64,000 bases of DNA from Anthoceros angustus (lineage: Eukaryota > Plantae > Anthocerotophyta). Positions 8,702 to 23,000 of the stretch are shown here, piece by piece. The DNA lies in contig VJWM01000106.1 in NCBI GenBank assembly GCA_010909165.1, positions 558,001 to 622,000 on the forward strand. Direction: 5' to 3'. How positions within the stretch are numbered: the stretch's first letter is position 1; each line of letters opens with the position of its first letter. Both the position numbers and the translations under genes were made by a program. The notes under the pieces were generated by a model, which saw only the letters and a list, made by a program, of their open reading frames with translations, had not been told where the DNA came from and ran no database searches.

Positions 8702-11700
8702 ATGCTTTGGCGAACTATGAGTGCCTTGGGCGTTGCACTTCAGTCACAAAGAAGGCGACAGGGCATCTTGTGGCAACAGCAGTTCTGCACTCGGAGATAT
8801 GCAGGACACGAAGTGGGCGTGACTGCTGAAACAGTGAGCAAGCTATGTCAGCAGGGGGAGCTGAGTGGGGCCGTTGAGGTTCTGGAAGTTCTTGTGCAGA
8901 CGCACTCTGCTTTGTCCAAATCTCTAGTCTTTAGTGTCATAAAGCTGTGTACGCTGAAGAAGGATCTGGTTCTGGGTCGCCGTGTTCATGCTCTCACTGT
9001 CAAGAGAGGGTACGAGTCGGACACATTCCTGTGCAACCACATCCTGCGGATGTATGCTTCTCATGCGAGGTTGCAAGAAGCGATGGATGTGTTCACAATG
9101 GTTGCTGAGCCAGATGCGTTCATGTGGTCTTCCATAATCTCTGCGCATGTTAAACATGGACAAGCCAAGGGGGCCATAGAACTGTATCATCAGATGCGGA
9201 GGTCAAGTGTGACGCCAGATGGCCACGTGTTTGTGGCAGCTCTGCAGGCTTGTGCAAGCGAAGCAGACTTGAGAAGTGGCCAACAGGTGCATGCTGATGT
9301 GCTGGCCAGTGGGTTTAGGCCTGACTTGTTTGTTTGTAGTTGCTTGGTGGACATGTATGCCAAATGCGGCATGGGCAAGGAAGCCCTTCGTCTTCACAGT
9401 GGTATGCAGGAAGAAGGTATTCCTCGACCCGATGCGGTGACATTTGTATGCCTCCTGCAAGCATGTGTGAGTGTGGGTGTCTCCGCTTTGGGGAATGGGA
9501 AGCAGCTTCATGCACAGATTGAAGAACAGGGACTGCAATTCGATGTGGTTGTAGGGTGCAGCCTGGTAAACATGTATGCGAAGTGTGGCAGCGTTCATGA
9601 TGCTAAGAGCGTGTTGTTGACTGCGCGCAAAGGATGTCGTGACATGGAATGCCATGATTGCAGGATATTCCCAGCAGGGCATGGGTGAGGAAGCTCTTCT
9701 TGTCTACTGTGCTATGCAACAAGAAGGCATTGCTGCACCTGATTCTATCACGTTTGTGTGCCTCCTGCAGGCATGTGTGAGTGTGGGTGTCTCCGCTTTG
9801 GGGAATGGGAAGCAGCTTCATGCACAGATTGAAGAACAGGGACTGCAATTCGATGTGGTTGTAGGGTGCAGCCTGGTAAACATGTATGCGAAGTGTGGCA
9901 GCGTTCATGATGCTAAGAGCGTGTTCGACGGACTGCGCGCAAAGGATGTCGTGACATGGAATGCCATGATTGCAGGATATTCCCAGCAGGGCATGGGTGA
10001 GGAAGCTCTTCTTGTCTACTGTGCTATGCAACAAGAAGGCATTGCTGCACCTGATTCTATCACGTTTGTGTGCCTCCTGCAGGCATGTGCGAGTGTTGGT
10101 GCCCTGGCTTTGGAGACGGGAAAGCAGCTTCATGCTCAGATAGAGGAACAAGGCCTTCAAGTTGATGTAGCTGTAGGGAATAATTTGGTGAACATGTATG
10201 CAAAGTGTGACAGCTTAGAGGATGCCCAGAGTGTGTTTGATGGCCTTTCTGATAAGGATGTCGTCACATGGACCATTCTGATCGCAGGATATTCCGAGCA
10301 GGGCATGGGTCAGGAAGCCCTTCATCTCTTCACTGTTATGCAACAGGAAGGCATTGCAGAACCAAATGTTGTGACATTTGTGTGCCTCCTCCAGGCATGT
10401 GCAAGTGTGGGTATCACAGCTCTAGACAGGGGAAAGAAGCTTCATGCTTATATTGAAGAACAGGGCCTTCAATCTAACGTCACTGTAGCCAACAATCTGA
10501 TAAACATGTATGCAAAGTGTGGCAGCCTGGAAGATGCTCGCACCGTTTTTGATAAACTTTGTCACAAAGATGTTGTGACCTGGAACTCAATGATAGCGGG
10601 GTATTCCCAGCAGGGAATGGGCCAGGAAGCCCTTCATCTCTTTTCTGCAATGCAACAAGAAGCTGTTGTTGTACCAGATTCTGTGACGCTTGTGTGCACC
10701 CTGCAGGCTTGTGCAACTGTGGGTGTCGGGGCTATGGACGTGGGCAAGCAGCTGCATGCTCAGGTTGAAGTGCAAGGCCTTCAAGCTAATGTTCTTATAG
10801 CAAACAGTTTGATAGACATGTATGCAAAATGCGGCAGCATACAGCATGCTCAAAGCATGTTCGACAGGGTTCCTGAAAAAAATGTAGTGACATGGACCAC
10901 TCTGATAGCAGGATATTGCCAGGAGGGGATGGTTCAGGAAGCCCTCCATCTTTACAAAAGCATGAGAGAAGATGGTAGTGTTCCACCCAACTGTGTAACA
11001 TTCGTGTGCCTCCTGCAGGCATGTGCAAATGTAGCAGCATTGCATGCGGGAAGGCAGGTTCACACTGAGATTGTAGAACAAGGGCTGCAAACGGATATGT
11101 TTGTAGCCATCAGTTTGATCAACATGTACGCAAGATGCGGGAGCATGGTTGATGCACAGCAGGTGTTCAATGCGTTGCCCTGGAAGCCTGACATTGTCCC
11201 CTGGAATGCACTGATTGCAGGATACAGCCGCCAAGGGAACAGTGAAGTGGTCTTTGACTTGGTGGACAGAATGAGAGAGGACGGCATGCAGCCAGACAGT
11301 ATCACATTCATTAGTATCCTAAGCGTGTGCACTCACACAGGTCTGGTGATGAAAGGGCAAGAGCAATTTGAGGCTATGAGCAGGGAGTATGGCATCACTC
11401 CCACGGCAGAGCACTACTCGTGCATGGTGGACCTCCTGGGTCGTGCAGGCCAAGTTCAAGAGGCGCTGGCAGTGGCGAGGACAATGCCTGTGCGGTCTCA
11501 GGATGCAGTAGTGTGGCACACTCTGTTAGGTGCTTGTCAAAAGTGGAGCAACGTGGAGGTGGGACGCCATGCTTTTAATGAAGCAGTGAAGCTGGACGAA
11601 CAAGATGCGGCAGCTTATGTCCTCATGGCCAACATCTACACCGGTACCCAGATGTGGGAGCAAGCACAGGTGATGCAGGCAAGGAGAAGAGGAGTCGGGG

Positions 11701-12086
11701 CCTGGAAGCAGCCAGGCCGGAGCTGGTGGACAGACATGGATGGACTGGTTCATACTTTTGCAGTGTGGGATATTCTGAGCCATCCTGAAAGTGAAGATAT
11801 ATATGAAAGGCTGAAACAGCTTGCTTGTTCCCCAAATAGGGAAAGAAAGGGTACTGTATGTGCCACATCTGCTGGCAGCGCACCAGATCTCACACAGCAC
11901 AAGCTCTTAACCCCTAATGGACGAGGGGGTTTTCCCTGTTTTCCTGCACAGATAAATCAAACATATTATAGAGGGGGATTGCAAATTTTCTTGCTTTTGC
12001 CGGGATGTGACAATTACCAGCAGCTTCGCTTCCCTTCGTCACCTATTGCACATCGAAATGCAATAGCCTTTGTTTTCGAAGAGTGA
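8702..12086 (+). CDS. PLS-class PPR protein, E+ type with a truncated DYW:WW start; one frameshift near 9616
   Basis: ORFs 8648-9688 and 9639-12086 join across a 2-nt deficit (GTGTTGTTGACTG vs GTGTTCGACGGACTG in the duplicate). Ends KQPGRSWWTDMDGLVHTF...HPESEDIY with no HxE/CxxC. First ATG is at 8702. Confidence 0.85.
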
Positions 12087-12909
12087 ATACAAAGGCAATT
12101 CCAAATCAACAAAGCTGGTGACGGGGAGGGAAATCTTCACACAGTTTGCACACCTATGAGCGAATTTCTTTGACAGAACTTGTGCAGGAAGATGCCCTAT
12201 ACCTTACCAGGCAGCTACATCGAGCAATTGACAAAGCATATAAATACTGCAAATTGCCAAAGTTGGTCTCCTCCCCTTTTGGCACTCTATGTGGTGACCA
12301 AAGGAATGAAGCGAAGCCACTGCAAAAACCAGGTGTTCTACGGCGTGGCTAATTGTCCACCGCCAACCACCCGCCTACACCACCGGCGTGTGCAGGTTCC
12401 GGGTACTTGAGGCAGCAAAGCCCAGCTCAATGGGAGATGACACAACGCCTCTCTGCAGGCTTTGGAGGCTTCCAAGTCTGCCGGTTTCCCTCGCTTCCAA
12501 CCATCTATCTGTCAACGGCTGCGCACAACAAGGACCAGTGCGTGTGGCCAAACTCGGCGGTGGCCAAACTCGGCGGTGGCCTAAGTCATGGAGGTTCACC
12601 TCGAGTTGGAGAGCATCTCCAAGAATTTGACATCTTGAAGACACCTGATCGGAATGGGCGTGATTTTGTGCAAAGAAACAATGGAAAGCTCTTAGTCGTG
12701 GCAGAATTCTGTCAACCTACGGTGTGATTCGAAAATGCAGTACAAAACACACTCGCGCAGTTGTGGATCGAAAGACTCAATATAAGTCGATTCGATTTGT
12801 TGTTTTAGTGTTAATCAACCTGCATTTATTATTACTCAAGAATTGAATGCAATTGGGTCTCGTCTTCCCCCAAATCTTCCATCATTGAAGCTGCAAAGGG
12901 CAATGTCCA

Positions 12910-13440
12910 AAGAATTTGATGCAGTTTTACTGTGGAGCAAAGTAAAACCAGTATTAAGACTTAGAATAAAAACAAATATATTTCTAACTAATATTAAGAC
13001 TTAGAATGAAAAAAAGCATATCTATAACCAATATTAAGACTTAGAATAAAAATAAACATATCTATAACCAATATTAAGACTTAGAATGAAAACAAACATA
13101 TCTATAACCAATATTAAGACTTAGAATGAAAACAAACATATCTATAACCAATATTAAGACTTGGAATGAAAACAAACATATCAACATGAATTATGATCCA
13201 ACACATCACCCGAGAATTGTATGCAGTTGTACTGTGGAGTAGAGTAAAAATAGTATTAATACTTAGAATGAAAACAAAAATATCAACACGAATTGTGTTT
13301 AAACACATCACTAGAGAATTGGATGCAGTTTACCACAGAATAGAGTAAAACTAGTATTAAGACTTCGAATGAAAAAAAATATATCAACACGAACCATGTT
13401 TAAACACATCACCAAAGAATTGGATGCAGTTGTGCTGTGG
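12910..13440. repeat. AT-rich compound minisatellite: 40-bp unit x~5.7 (12952-13180) embedded in a ~100-bp unit array
   Basis: TATTAAGACTTAGAATGAAAACAAACATATCTATAACCAA repeats; GAATTnGATGCAGTT-like motif recurs near 12912, 13214, 13316 and 13417. Confidence 0.9.
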
Positions 13441-15089
13441 CTTTTTGTGGCTTTATTTATCTTCTAGCATCATAAATTATTATTGTAATTTATATAATAA
13501 CCTATTATATTTTAATTTATTATGGTTGTTAATTTAGTTATGGTTTTCTTTGACAACTTATAAAACGAGTTTTTTTATTGATCAAAAAACGAGTTTAACT
13601 GTATAATATAGATGAATAAATTCCTTAATAAATTTACACACGCATACCGTGGCAGCCCCAATATGTAGGACTTCGTACAAAAGATACCTTGGCAGCCCTT
13701 ATATGTAGGACTTCATACAATAGATACAGAAGCAAAACAAAAAAAAAGTTAGTTGAGGCATATAAAGTTAGTTGACTATGTTGACGACTATAAAAAAAAC
13801 TGACTTTGCAATTTAAGGAAAAATATGAAGAAGCTCCTTTGAGCAGTGATTTGCAACCAAATACAGCGAGGACCCCGATCTTGGCAGAAAATCGAACCAG
13901 ACATGACAAGCACCCCCATAACAATGGGTAAATAGCAACCAAACTTGAGGAGGTCCCCCATCCTAGCATTGAATCAAAAGTTGAATCAAGTTACATTGCA
14001 TTTGATATTTATCCCAAAATGATGAATCTACTCGAAACGAGTTTTTGATGATACATACTACTCCATATATTTATTTTTACCCATATTTGGAACTCGCCAA
14101 CTAGTCAAGATACCGAGTTCAAAATATACACCCATATTTTGGCCTGGTCCTTTAGTATCATGTTTTAAAAAAATAAAAAATAAAAAATAACCTCAAAATC
14201 CGACCTCTACCTGGAAGATTCCAATAGATGCTTTAAAACTGTGCTAGTTTACATGCGGTTATCTTGTAACCGGGCACTCCCCTACCTTACTCTAGCTCGG
14301 CTATCGCGGCATGCAGTCCACGATTTTGTGTACGTTCACAGGAATGAATATATGTGGGACGCAGTTTTCATGTAACCATGGTTGAGGCTCTTGCAAGATT
14401 CTTGGTCATTTTGAAAATTCTTTGGCAATCACATATAACTTTTTGACTCCGTTTTTGTGTACACACCTAGCAATGCTAGGTGTCCATGGAAATGTTTCCT
14501 CAAAGAAGTGTGCACACACCTAGAAAAACAGTGCTGGGTGTCCATGGAAATGTTTCCCCAAAGAAGTGTGGATTGTAGCATCCTAAGAAGCAAAAGATTC
14601 CACCCAAAATCCAAAAAACCACGTTCTCGAAAATTACATGGATTTTGGTGCAAGAATGCACACGCATCATAATGATGAGTGGCATACATCATTTTGAAAG
14701 GAATTGTGAAATCAAGTTTTAGGTCTTGAAAGGTTTATAATTCAAATGGGAATGTGACAAGTCTATTCCTAGGTAGGCCACCCCTGGAGCAACATCAAGA
14801 CTTTTTGCAATATTTTCACGGTAACCTTATTACTCAATACTGAATATCCAAATTCCACATCAAGTATGTAGTATATGTTTAGAAACTCAAGAACAAGGTG
14901 ATAGTATATCTAGACTATCACGCTGTTGTATATGTACTTTTCATGAAAGATGTATTTTGCAATGGCTTCAAAGACAAAAGTATTGTCCACTTTGTAGAAA
15001 ATCAATATTTGATCATTAACCCCAAAATAACGAGGGGCTTTTATGCAACTTTTTTGCTCAAATATTCATTGTACCCGGTGAGGACAGGA

Positions 15090-15700
15090 AGAGACTTAGG
15101 CTTAGGGAGGCACATACTGTCTTTGTCCCGCACATCGGCAACCTAGTGTTGGGCTCATCGGCCTGCATACGCAAGGTCCCGGGAAATCTGAGGCTGTGTT
15201 TTTGGGCACCGTGCTCTATGGTTTTGACTGAAGGTGGAATTTGCTATGCTACCACTTGGAGCAGGCCAGCTGGAGCCGGGTGGCCGTGATTAAGCCTATC
15301 AACTTTCATACCTACCATTGCAAGTTGATCAACGTGCAGGGCCGATTGTTGTGCATAGCCTTGGGCATGGACTTCAAGGTGGAAGACAGTGGTTTGCAAA
15401 TATGGGAGATGGATTTGGGTGCATGTCCTGGACGGCCGTAGGGGGTGCCATGCTCTAATGTTTGATGGCTTCCGGCTGAAATACAAGTGGGCTGGAGTCA
15501 CATACTGGGTTGAAGTCTCCCAACTCATCATGATCGTGGCGTGACAAAACCAAGTGTACATCATGCATGCGGAGGATGCCTACACAGACAAGATCGCGGC
15601 TCTTGATTTCAATCAAACACTTGCGGCCTGGAGGTGGCTTCCCCCTATCCCTACACGTGTTTTCTGGCCAAGACCATGTAGTGCGCGGATCCTCGGTTGC
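15090..15700 (+). pseudogene. Remnant of an F-box-associated/kelch-like beta-propeller C-terminal domain
   Basis: Broken frames: SWSRVAVI...KLINVQGRLLCIA...LQIWEMDL and VYIMH...IAALDFNQTLAAWRWLPPIP. Confidence 0.5.
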
Positions 15701-16479
15701 AAATCGGCAGTTGGAATTCCAAGAAAGATTAGAATTATCATATATGCTAGCTACAGCTTGTATAAATCTTGTATTTGTGGATTGCAATAATGTTGTATCA
15801 GTTGTAGCTAGACTACGTGCACACCACAATGAGTGCGTTCTAACTCTCATATAACATAGAGTCCTACCAACAAATAAAAAAAGATATCTTGCGCAGACCA
15901 TGATGGAGAATTGGAGATTATTGCATCGACCAATTGGAGGCTTGATTAGCGTTACCCGAGTGGAGATCCATCACATGATAAATCAGGACTTGGTTGGGAG
16001 TCCTCTATCTCAAATCCTGTATAGACTGGAACTTAAGCAAATGTACCCCGAAACTAGCTTATGCAAATGTACCCTGAAACCATGGATTCTTGCTGCTAAT
16101 CTTATCAATATATGTGTTGGCTTCCGGCTAGAAAAAAATGTCTCGGTGTGTTCACGTTTCATACTAGCACATGCTCATGCTTGAAGAAGATATGCAAACG
16201 TAACGTTATCTTCAATATTTTAATACTTATTTTAAAGTAATCTCGCACAAAAGAGGGAGGTCTACGATGATGATATTTTTGGGTGACTTTAATATATAAA
16301 TAAAATTTTTATAATTATTAAATAGTTTGAGAAGATATTCAAACTACTCTCTTTGAAAAAAACCCTGGTCAATTTGCCAAGTATGCTAGTGGTTATGGTT
16401 GATTGACTTTTGATTTGTCTTTCCTATTTTGAGTTTTTTGCTATGGTTTGGTTATGATTATGGAGAGTGGTCTAGAGTC

Positions 16480-16925
16480 AACACATATAGATAGAATAGA
16501 GTAGACGATATTAATAGACGAGATGGGAAATCCTATCTACCCCTGAAGTCCGAGGAGGAACAACCCAAAAAGGGTTGATGGTAAAAGGGGAAGTCTTAGT
16601 CCCTTTGAATGCCTTTCCCGTAATTACCTACTGCACCTATGATATCGTGATTAGAGATGATAAAGGGCCTACCTACCACCGGTGCTGAAGAATCCGCTAG
16701 TCCTGCGCACGTAGCTGTCCTATAAACAGCGTTAGCCAGCGCTTTCTGTAGAGCTATGGAAACCCGCTGGTGAAAGAAAGCCACCACAGAGGAAAGGGGG
16801 AGGCCCCTCTAATTCCTGTGGCTGTGATAGGCTTTTGCACACTCCTTAATTAACCTAGCTAAAGAAGTCTTTGCCCATAGCCCCATGAGTCTCGAGGGTG
16901 AGGGGGATGAAAACAACACATACCG
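16480..16925 (-). mobile_element. 3' fragment of an RLE-type (CRE-like) non-LTR retrotransposon
   Basis: Minus strand reads VFIPLTLETHGAMGKDF...FFHQRVSIALQKALANAV, typical of the C-terminal part of a restriction-like endonuclease domain. Confidence 0.65.
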
Positions 16926-17319
16926 CTGTGAACACTGCACACACATTAATTAACATCGGGAAAACCAAAATCACTCGTCTACAAAAAGATAAATCCATAA
17001 GCTAATGATATCTAATCCCCTTTTTCGTAATAAAGACTTCTTTTTCTTTCATGTAATCCTTTATATGTATACATCTGATCTCCTTGTTTGGCTCCTCTTG
17101 CTTCTGTTTTAATACTTCATCTTTTTAATATTATTTCAAATAAATTTCTTATACATACTTGCCAATGAGTCCCTAATCAAATATATTATTAGGTACCTAG
17201 TCTACATGTAAAACTAGAATACTTTGGTAGTGGTAAGGCGTAAGCTGAAGAACGACTCGGCCAAGGTGCTTCTAGTGTGGGCTGCTAAGCAGCGAGCATT
17301 GGCTGTGGGAGGTCAGGGA

Positions 17320-18365
17320 ATGGCAGCATCAGCAATGGCGGCAGCAGGCAGTGCCCTGTGTCGACTTCACTCAGCGGACTTGCCCTCCACTTCCTCCTGC
17401 GCGCCTTCCTCTTCGCGCTCTCCTGCGTTTCTTGCGCTCAAGACTCCCCGGCAGCTGGGGCAATGGAGGAAGGGTTTCAAGCGGGCTGGAGTGCAGGTTG
17501 CGGGGAGGATAGTGGCGACTCAGGCCCCTGCCCAGGCTCAGCGCTCGGCTGAGGCTGACGTCATGGGCCTGCTGCTCAAGCAGCGCATTGTGTTTCTGGG
17601 CCACCAGATGGACGACTTTGTAGCGGACGCCATCGTCAGCCAACTCTTGCTCCTGGATGCCATGGATCCCAAGAAGCCGATTCGGCTGTTCGTGAACTGC
17701 CCCGGCGGGTCCATCAGGTACCGCGTCGTGCCTCAGTCTTTCTGCTGCTAACGTGCCTAGGGTTAGGGCGGGTGAGCTGCTTGCTGGCGAATCTTGGAAG
17801 AATTGCGGGATGGGATGTTCGTTCCACGTTTCAGCCAGGTCTGTGACATTACGTGCACTGTGCCTGTGCCTGGCTGTGCAGTGCTGCTATGGGGATTTAC
17901 GACGCCATTCAATTATGTCGGGCTGAGGTCTCCACCATCGCCTTCGGGCTGGCCGCCTCCACGGCTGCCATTGTGTTGGCAGGCGGGTCCAAGGGCCAGC
18001 GCTTCGCCATGCCTAACGCCAGGATCATGATGCACCAGCCCATGGGAGGTGCCAGTGGACAGGCCATCGATGTGGAGATTCAAGCCAAGGAAATCATGTA
18101 CCACAAGAGCAACATCATCCGCATCGTCTCAGAGATCACAGGTCGGCCATACAAGCAAGTGGAGAAGGATATTGACAGAGACAGGTACATGTCTCCGGTC
18201 GAGGCCATGGAGTATGGCTTGATCGATGGTGTCATCGACAAAGACGCCATCATCCCCCTTGCCCCGTATGTGGAGAGAGTGAAACCTAGACCAGACTACG
18301 CTGATGCTGAGAAGGATCCACGCAAGTTTCTCATTCCTGTCATCCCTGATGACGAGATCTTCTAA
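17320..18365 (+). CDS. CLPP4: Plastid ATP-dependent Clp protease proteolytic subunit 4; exons 17320-17717 and 17882-18365
   Basis: Ser/Ala-rich transit peptide; [27 protein letters not shown] across a GT-AG intron, [26 protein letters not shown]-terminal IPDDEIF. Confidence 0.93.
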
Positions 18366-18644
18366 GAGCATTACACAGCTGCTACATTTGACCGAAGCTG
18401 GCCAGCTTGGAAGGCAGCATTAGAATTGCACTCCACTCAAGGTGTGGGCGGATAATATACTTTATTTTGCAGGCTACGCCAGGACCTAGTTTATTTAGAC
18501 TCAGAAGAATCTGAAATAAAAGTTTCCAGAGTTTAAATTTTCCTCCCTAAAGACCTACTTAGGAGGTTCGATGAGCTGCTTGTCAATCTCCGGAGTCCCT
18601 CTTTTGCCGTTTCCGTTCTCTTTCGAATCCAGTGATTACAATCC

Positions 18645-18652
18645 TAGGGTTT
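18645..18652 (-). promoter_or_regulatory. Telo-box (AAACCCTA) upstream of the ribosomal protein gene
   Basis: TAGGGTTT at 18645-18652 plus TTAGGGTT near 18679, 100-130 nt upstream of the RPL23 ATG. Confidence 0.6.
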
Positions 18653-18720
18653 GTAGCAGTGTCCGTTTGTGGTTTTCATTAGGGTTCTTATTCAGAGGTG
18701 AGCGACCTACTATCCTCTAG

Positions 18721-19445
<725 letters not shown>

Positions 19446-20003
19446 TTCCGCAGGAACGGAAGTTTTTGTAGTAACCTATTAGCTGAGCTGCCTCAAAGCT
19501 TCAGATTAAAATTTTGTTCGTGCCAGAAGTTGTCCTTCCAAACCGCTTGCTAGTCGAAGTACTCCTCGGGAGCGTTTTTCGTTGGTGTATGGCATTTCAG
19601 CATGCATGTCCCGTGGGCAACATGGCCGGAGTTACCTCTGCATTTCTCAGCTCTGAATGGCTTCAGACGGACGATAAAATGAATGTCGAGAGTGAACAAT
19701 CGTGCACCAATGAACAAAGTCCCCATTAGTCTATGGTACAAGAGACCGCACTTGCTAGGACAACTTTGACTGCGTTGCCCGACACTGTACATCAGTGTGA
19801 CTACCCTGCCTCTACCCGCTTGCCCTCACACAGATTGAGGAGAATCAGCCTACGCCGAACATGGGTTGACAGTCCACCTCACTGCCAGAAAATACCTGGG
19901 ATCGCAGCTATATCGCACTAGCTGCAAAGATGAGGTTTGTCAGAAAAGGTCATCTCTGAACATGTCTAGACACACAGAGAATTTACCTTCTCACCTGGTG
20001 CTC

Positions 20004-23000
20004 TCAGCTCTGGGTGCATTCAAAAGGGTGCGCCCCTCCTTCAATGCCATTCTGCACCCTGAATCGCTGTAGCAGTTCCAAGGGCCTGCAAAATGAGAGA
20101 AAATTATTCGCAGCAGAATTGCATTGCTAGTTACAGTAACAAAGTGCCCCCTGTGTTTTTGAGTCATGTAGCACAAAACTTCGCAATAACACCTAGATTT
20201 CTTGCACTTAAAGGGGAGCTCTCTCTTCAACCCCCTTGCTGGTACAGGTCAGATTGAACACGCCATACCGCGTATCACACAAGCAAAAGCATACGCTATT
20301 TAGGAGAAGCAATACTTCCTATCACAGCAGCCATGCTTTACCTGCAGGCCATGCAAATTGCAAGGTCGCATAAACACGAAAGCACAAGTAGCGTATCCTA
20401 GCGCTACAGGATTGGAGTTGCAAGCGCTCGTCAAAAGGTGCTCAAGCGTTATACAGATATGTCAAGCATTGGGAATGGCAGTGGCAGGAAGAGTACATCA
20501 CCTTCAATAATCTTCTCTCTTTTAACAGGTGATCGGATTTTGTCAAAAGAGGAGAAACCTACTGTGATAGAAATTCATATACCCACAATTCATTGGTGAC
20601 ATTTCTTTGATGGCTATAGGGTGATCTTCCCATGAACTTCCAGGATGACAGTCCATCCCAACTTTGCAATCATTCGCAACAAAGAGGCAGGATCCAGCTC
20701 TCAAGACCTCAGAAAACAAGGAACATGAAAAGACTTCACATTGTTATGCACTTACAACGTTGTCAACTCTCCAGAATGCCTCATTTGCTGCTGATTCTCA
20801 GCCATAAGCTCGGGTACGTCGGCTATCTCTGGACCTGCAACACCACCTGCTACCATGGATGGAACTTCTGCACAAGGAGTCCAAAGCTGCACACAAAAAG
20901 CGAGAAGCTCATAACGTCATCCCCCACTCAACACGGTGAACAGGCAACCTTGTGAATAATCACTCACCTTTATAGTACTGTCGATGCCGCTTGTTGCAAT
21001 TGCACAATCCAATGGATGGGACTGGACACAGTTAACAACTGCACATGCCATACAAGCAAACATCATGTAAAGCAACTTGCAAGTTGAAAATCTTAGAACA
21101 CCCTCCTGAGGGTTTCAAGCAGACTCAGCTCTGCTTACCATGCTCATCCCCTGTAAGCACCTTTACCAGTCTGCCAGTTCGTTTCTGCCAAATAAACCAC
21201 CGCCCATCATCGCTACCACTGCCAATGAATTCTCCTGCCATAAAATGTACAGCTTCCGTCACTGCAGACAAAAGGAAGTTATGGACACTAGCAAAACTCA
21301 AATACCTACCCCGTTCACCGAGGAAGCTTGCCTGCTTTATATCAGTGCCGGTGTTGCAGTGTCCCACATACCGTTGCCGCATGTCAACAACAACTTCCTC
21401 CTGAAACATGTGAATAGAGATGCACATTAGCAATTGGCAGATGAAAACAAGATGTTTACTCTACAGAACACTGCCATGGAAACTGATTTTGTTTCACACA
21501 CCCGCAAAGGAGTGTTGTCCACTACGTCTGTCACTGATGATGGAGTGGAAGTCCTCCTCCTCTGCCTTAATCGCAGATTCACGCTTGGGCCAGCCCGAGC
21601 GCCATTCCAGTCCCTATTTTGATCAACATCGACCGACATCTCAATTTCCATTTCCATCTCCATATCACCTTCTTCGTCGATATCCAGCTCTTCTTTCTCA
21701 ACTTCTGTATTGTCCGTGACACTTTCACTGTCCTCTGAGATGGTTCGAAAGAAACAATCCTTCCTTGGCCGTGATCTGCTTGACCTCCTGTCTGATTTTC
21801 CATCACTCTCCCCATTTTTAGCTTCCTCTGCTGCACCCACCATGCCTGAGCACAGATGGTCATAACATCATTAATGAGCAGGCTATATCAACGAAATAAC
21901 GATGTCACGACCACACACTCTGATGAAAGCATCAGGGTAGGTGCAGCGCAAAAAAGACCGCCAGGCAGTGAAGCTACCAACCTGCTTGCACCTTCGATCG
22001 CAGCTGAGCAACAAGGTCATTCAATCCGGAGTCTGAAGGATCTAGTTGATATGCCCGCAAAGCGAACTCCAACGCCTCAGTTGGTTTTTGAAGCTAGACA
22101 AACAAAAAGTTACCAGTGTGTTAACTCTATGAAAGATGAGCCAAGGATTTTGAAATCATCTGTCAATTATATAAACACACCATGGACAAACTAACCTGGG
22201 CAAATGACTTCGCAAGATTATAATGTGCTATAACGGAATTTGGATTAATAGCACGAGCCTCATTGGAATCTCTTATTGTCATATGAACATCGTTCTTCCA
22301 ACCCCTCTGCAAACATAATGACATTCGCAATGATCCCAGGTCTCATGCCAAATAAGATTCCATCACAAATCAGAGTAGGAAGAAGCCAAACCTTCAGAAA
22401 CGCGGCAGCCCTGAGGCAAAGACAATCATGTCTTAGCCCAGGACCCACAACTGGGCCCCCACCGTCAATAACCTCACTGGTGGCCTCAATTACATAGAGG
22501 CAATTACCAAGCCTCCCCACTTGCATAGCTCGTCGTGCATCTTCAAACAACTCCCAGCACTCCTTGAGCTGCAAGTGGACCAAAATCAGATGTTAAGGGG
22601 CGAGATCCTCACACAACCATATGGAATGGTCATGGATTCCAATTATCCCAGATAGTCTACGTTGCAGATGCTTGGAACCTACAAGCAGCCAAACTGAAGT
22701 CATGCAGAGTCAAGCGTTGACCAATTGCTGAGGGTTCCAAACGACATACCCAGGCAGAGTCTCGCCTTCGGCCCAGTCCAATTACGCCTGGAGCAGCTTC
22801 CCTGGTGCCATTCGAAATTGGCGAAAGCAGAGCCCTTTTTGGTAGATCACTTGCCATATACACCACAGCGTCATGTTGAGCTGCATAGCCACACAGTAGA
22901 TATAAAAGAGGGCAAAAGTCACAGACCGGTCAAAGAATGACTCAAATTGATTGCCAACTCCATAATCATGCCAGATTCAGGTCCTAAAGCACAGGCTTTT

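Noticed and set aside
5653-11900. Many antisense ORFs overlapping the PPR genes
   Set aside because: Shadow ORFs of repetitive coding sequence with no recognisable motifs.
12952-13180. Regular 40-bp repeats resembling a CRISPR array
   Set aside because: Units are contiguous with no unique spacers; no cas genes; eukaryotic context.
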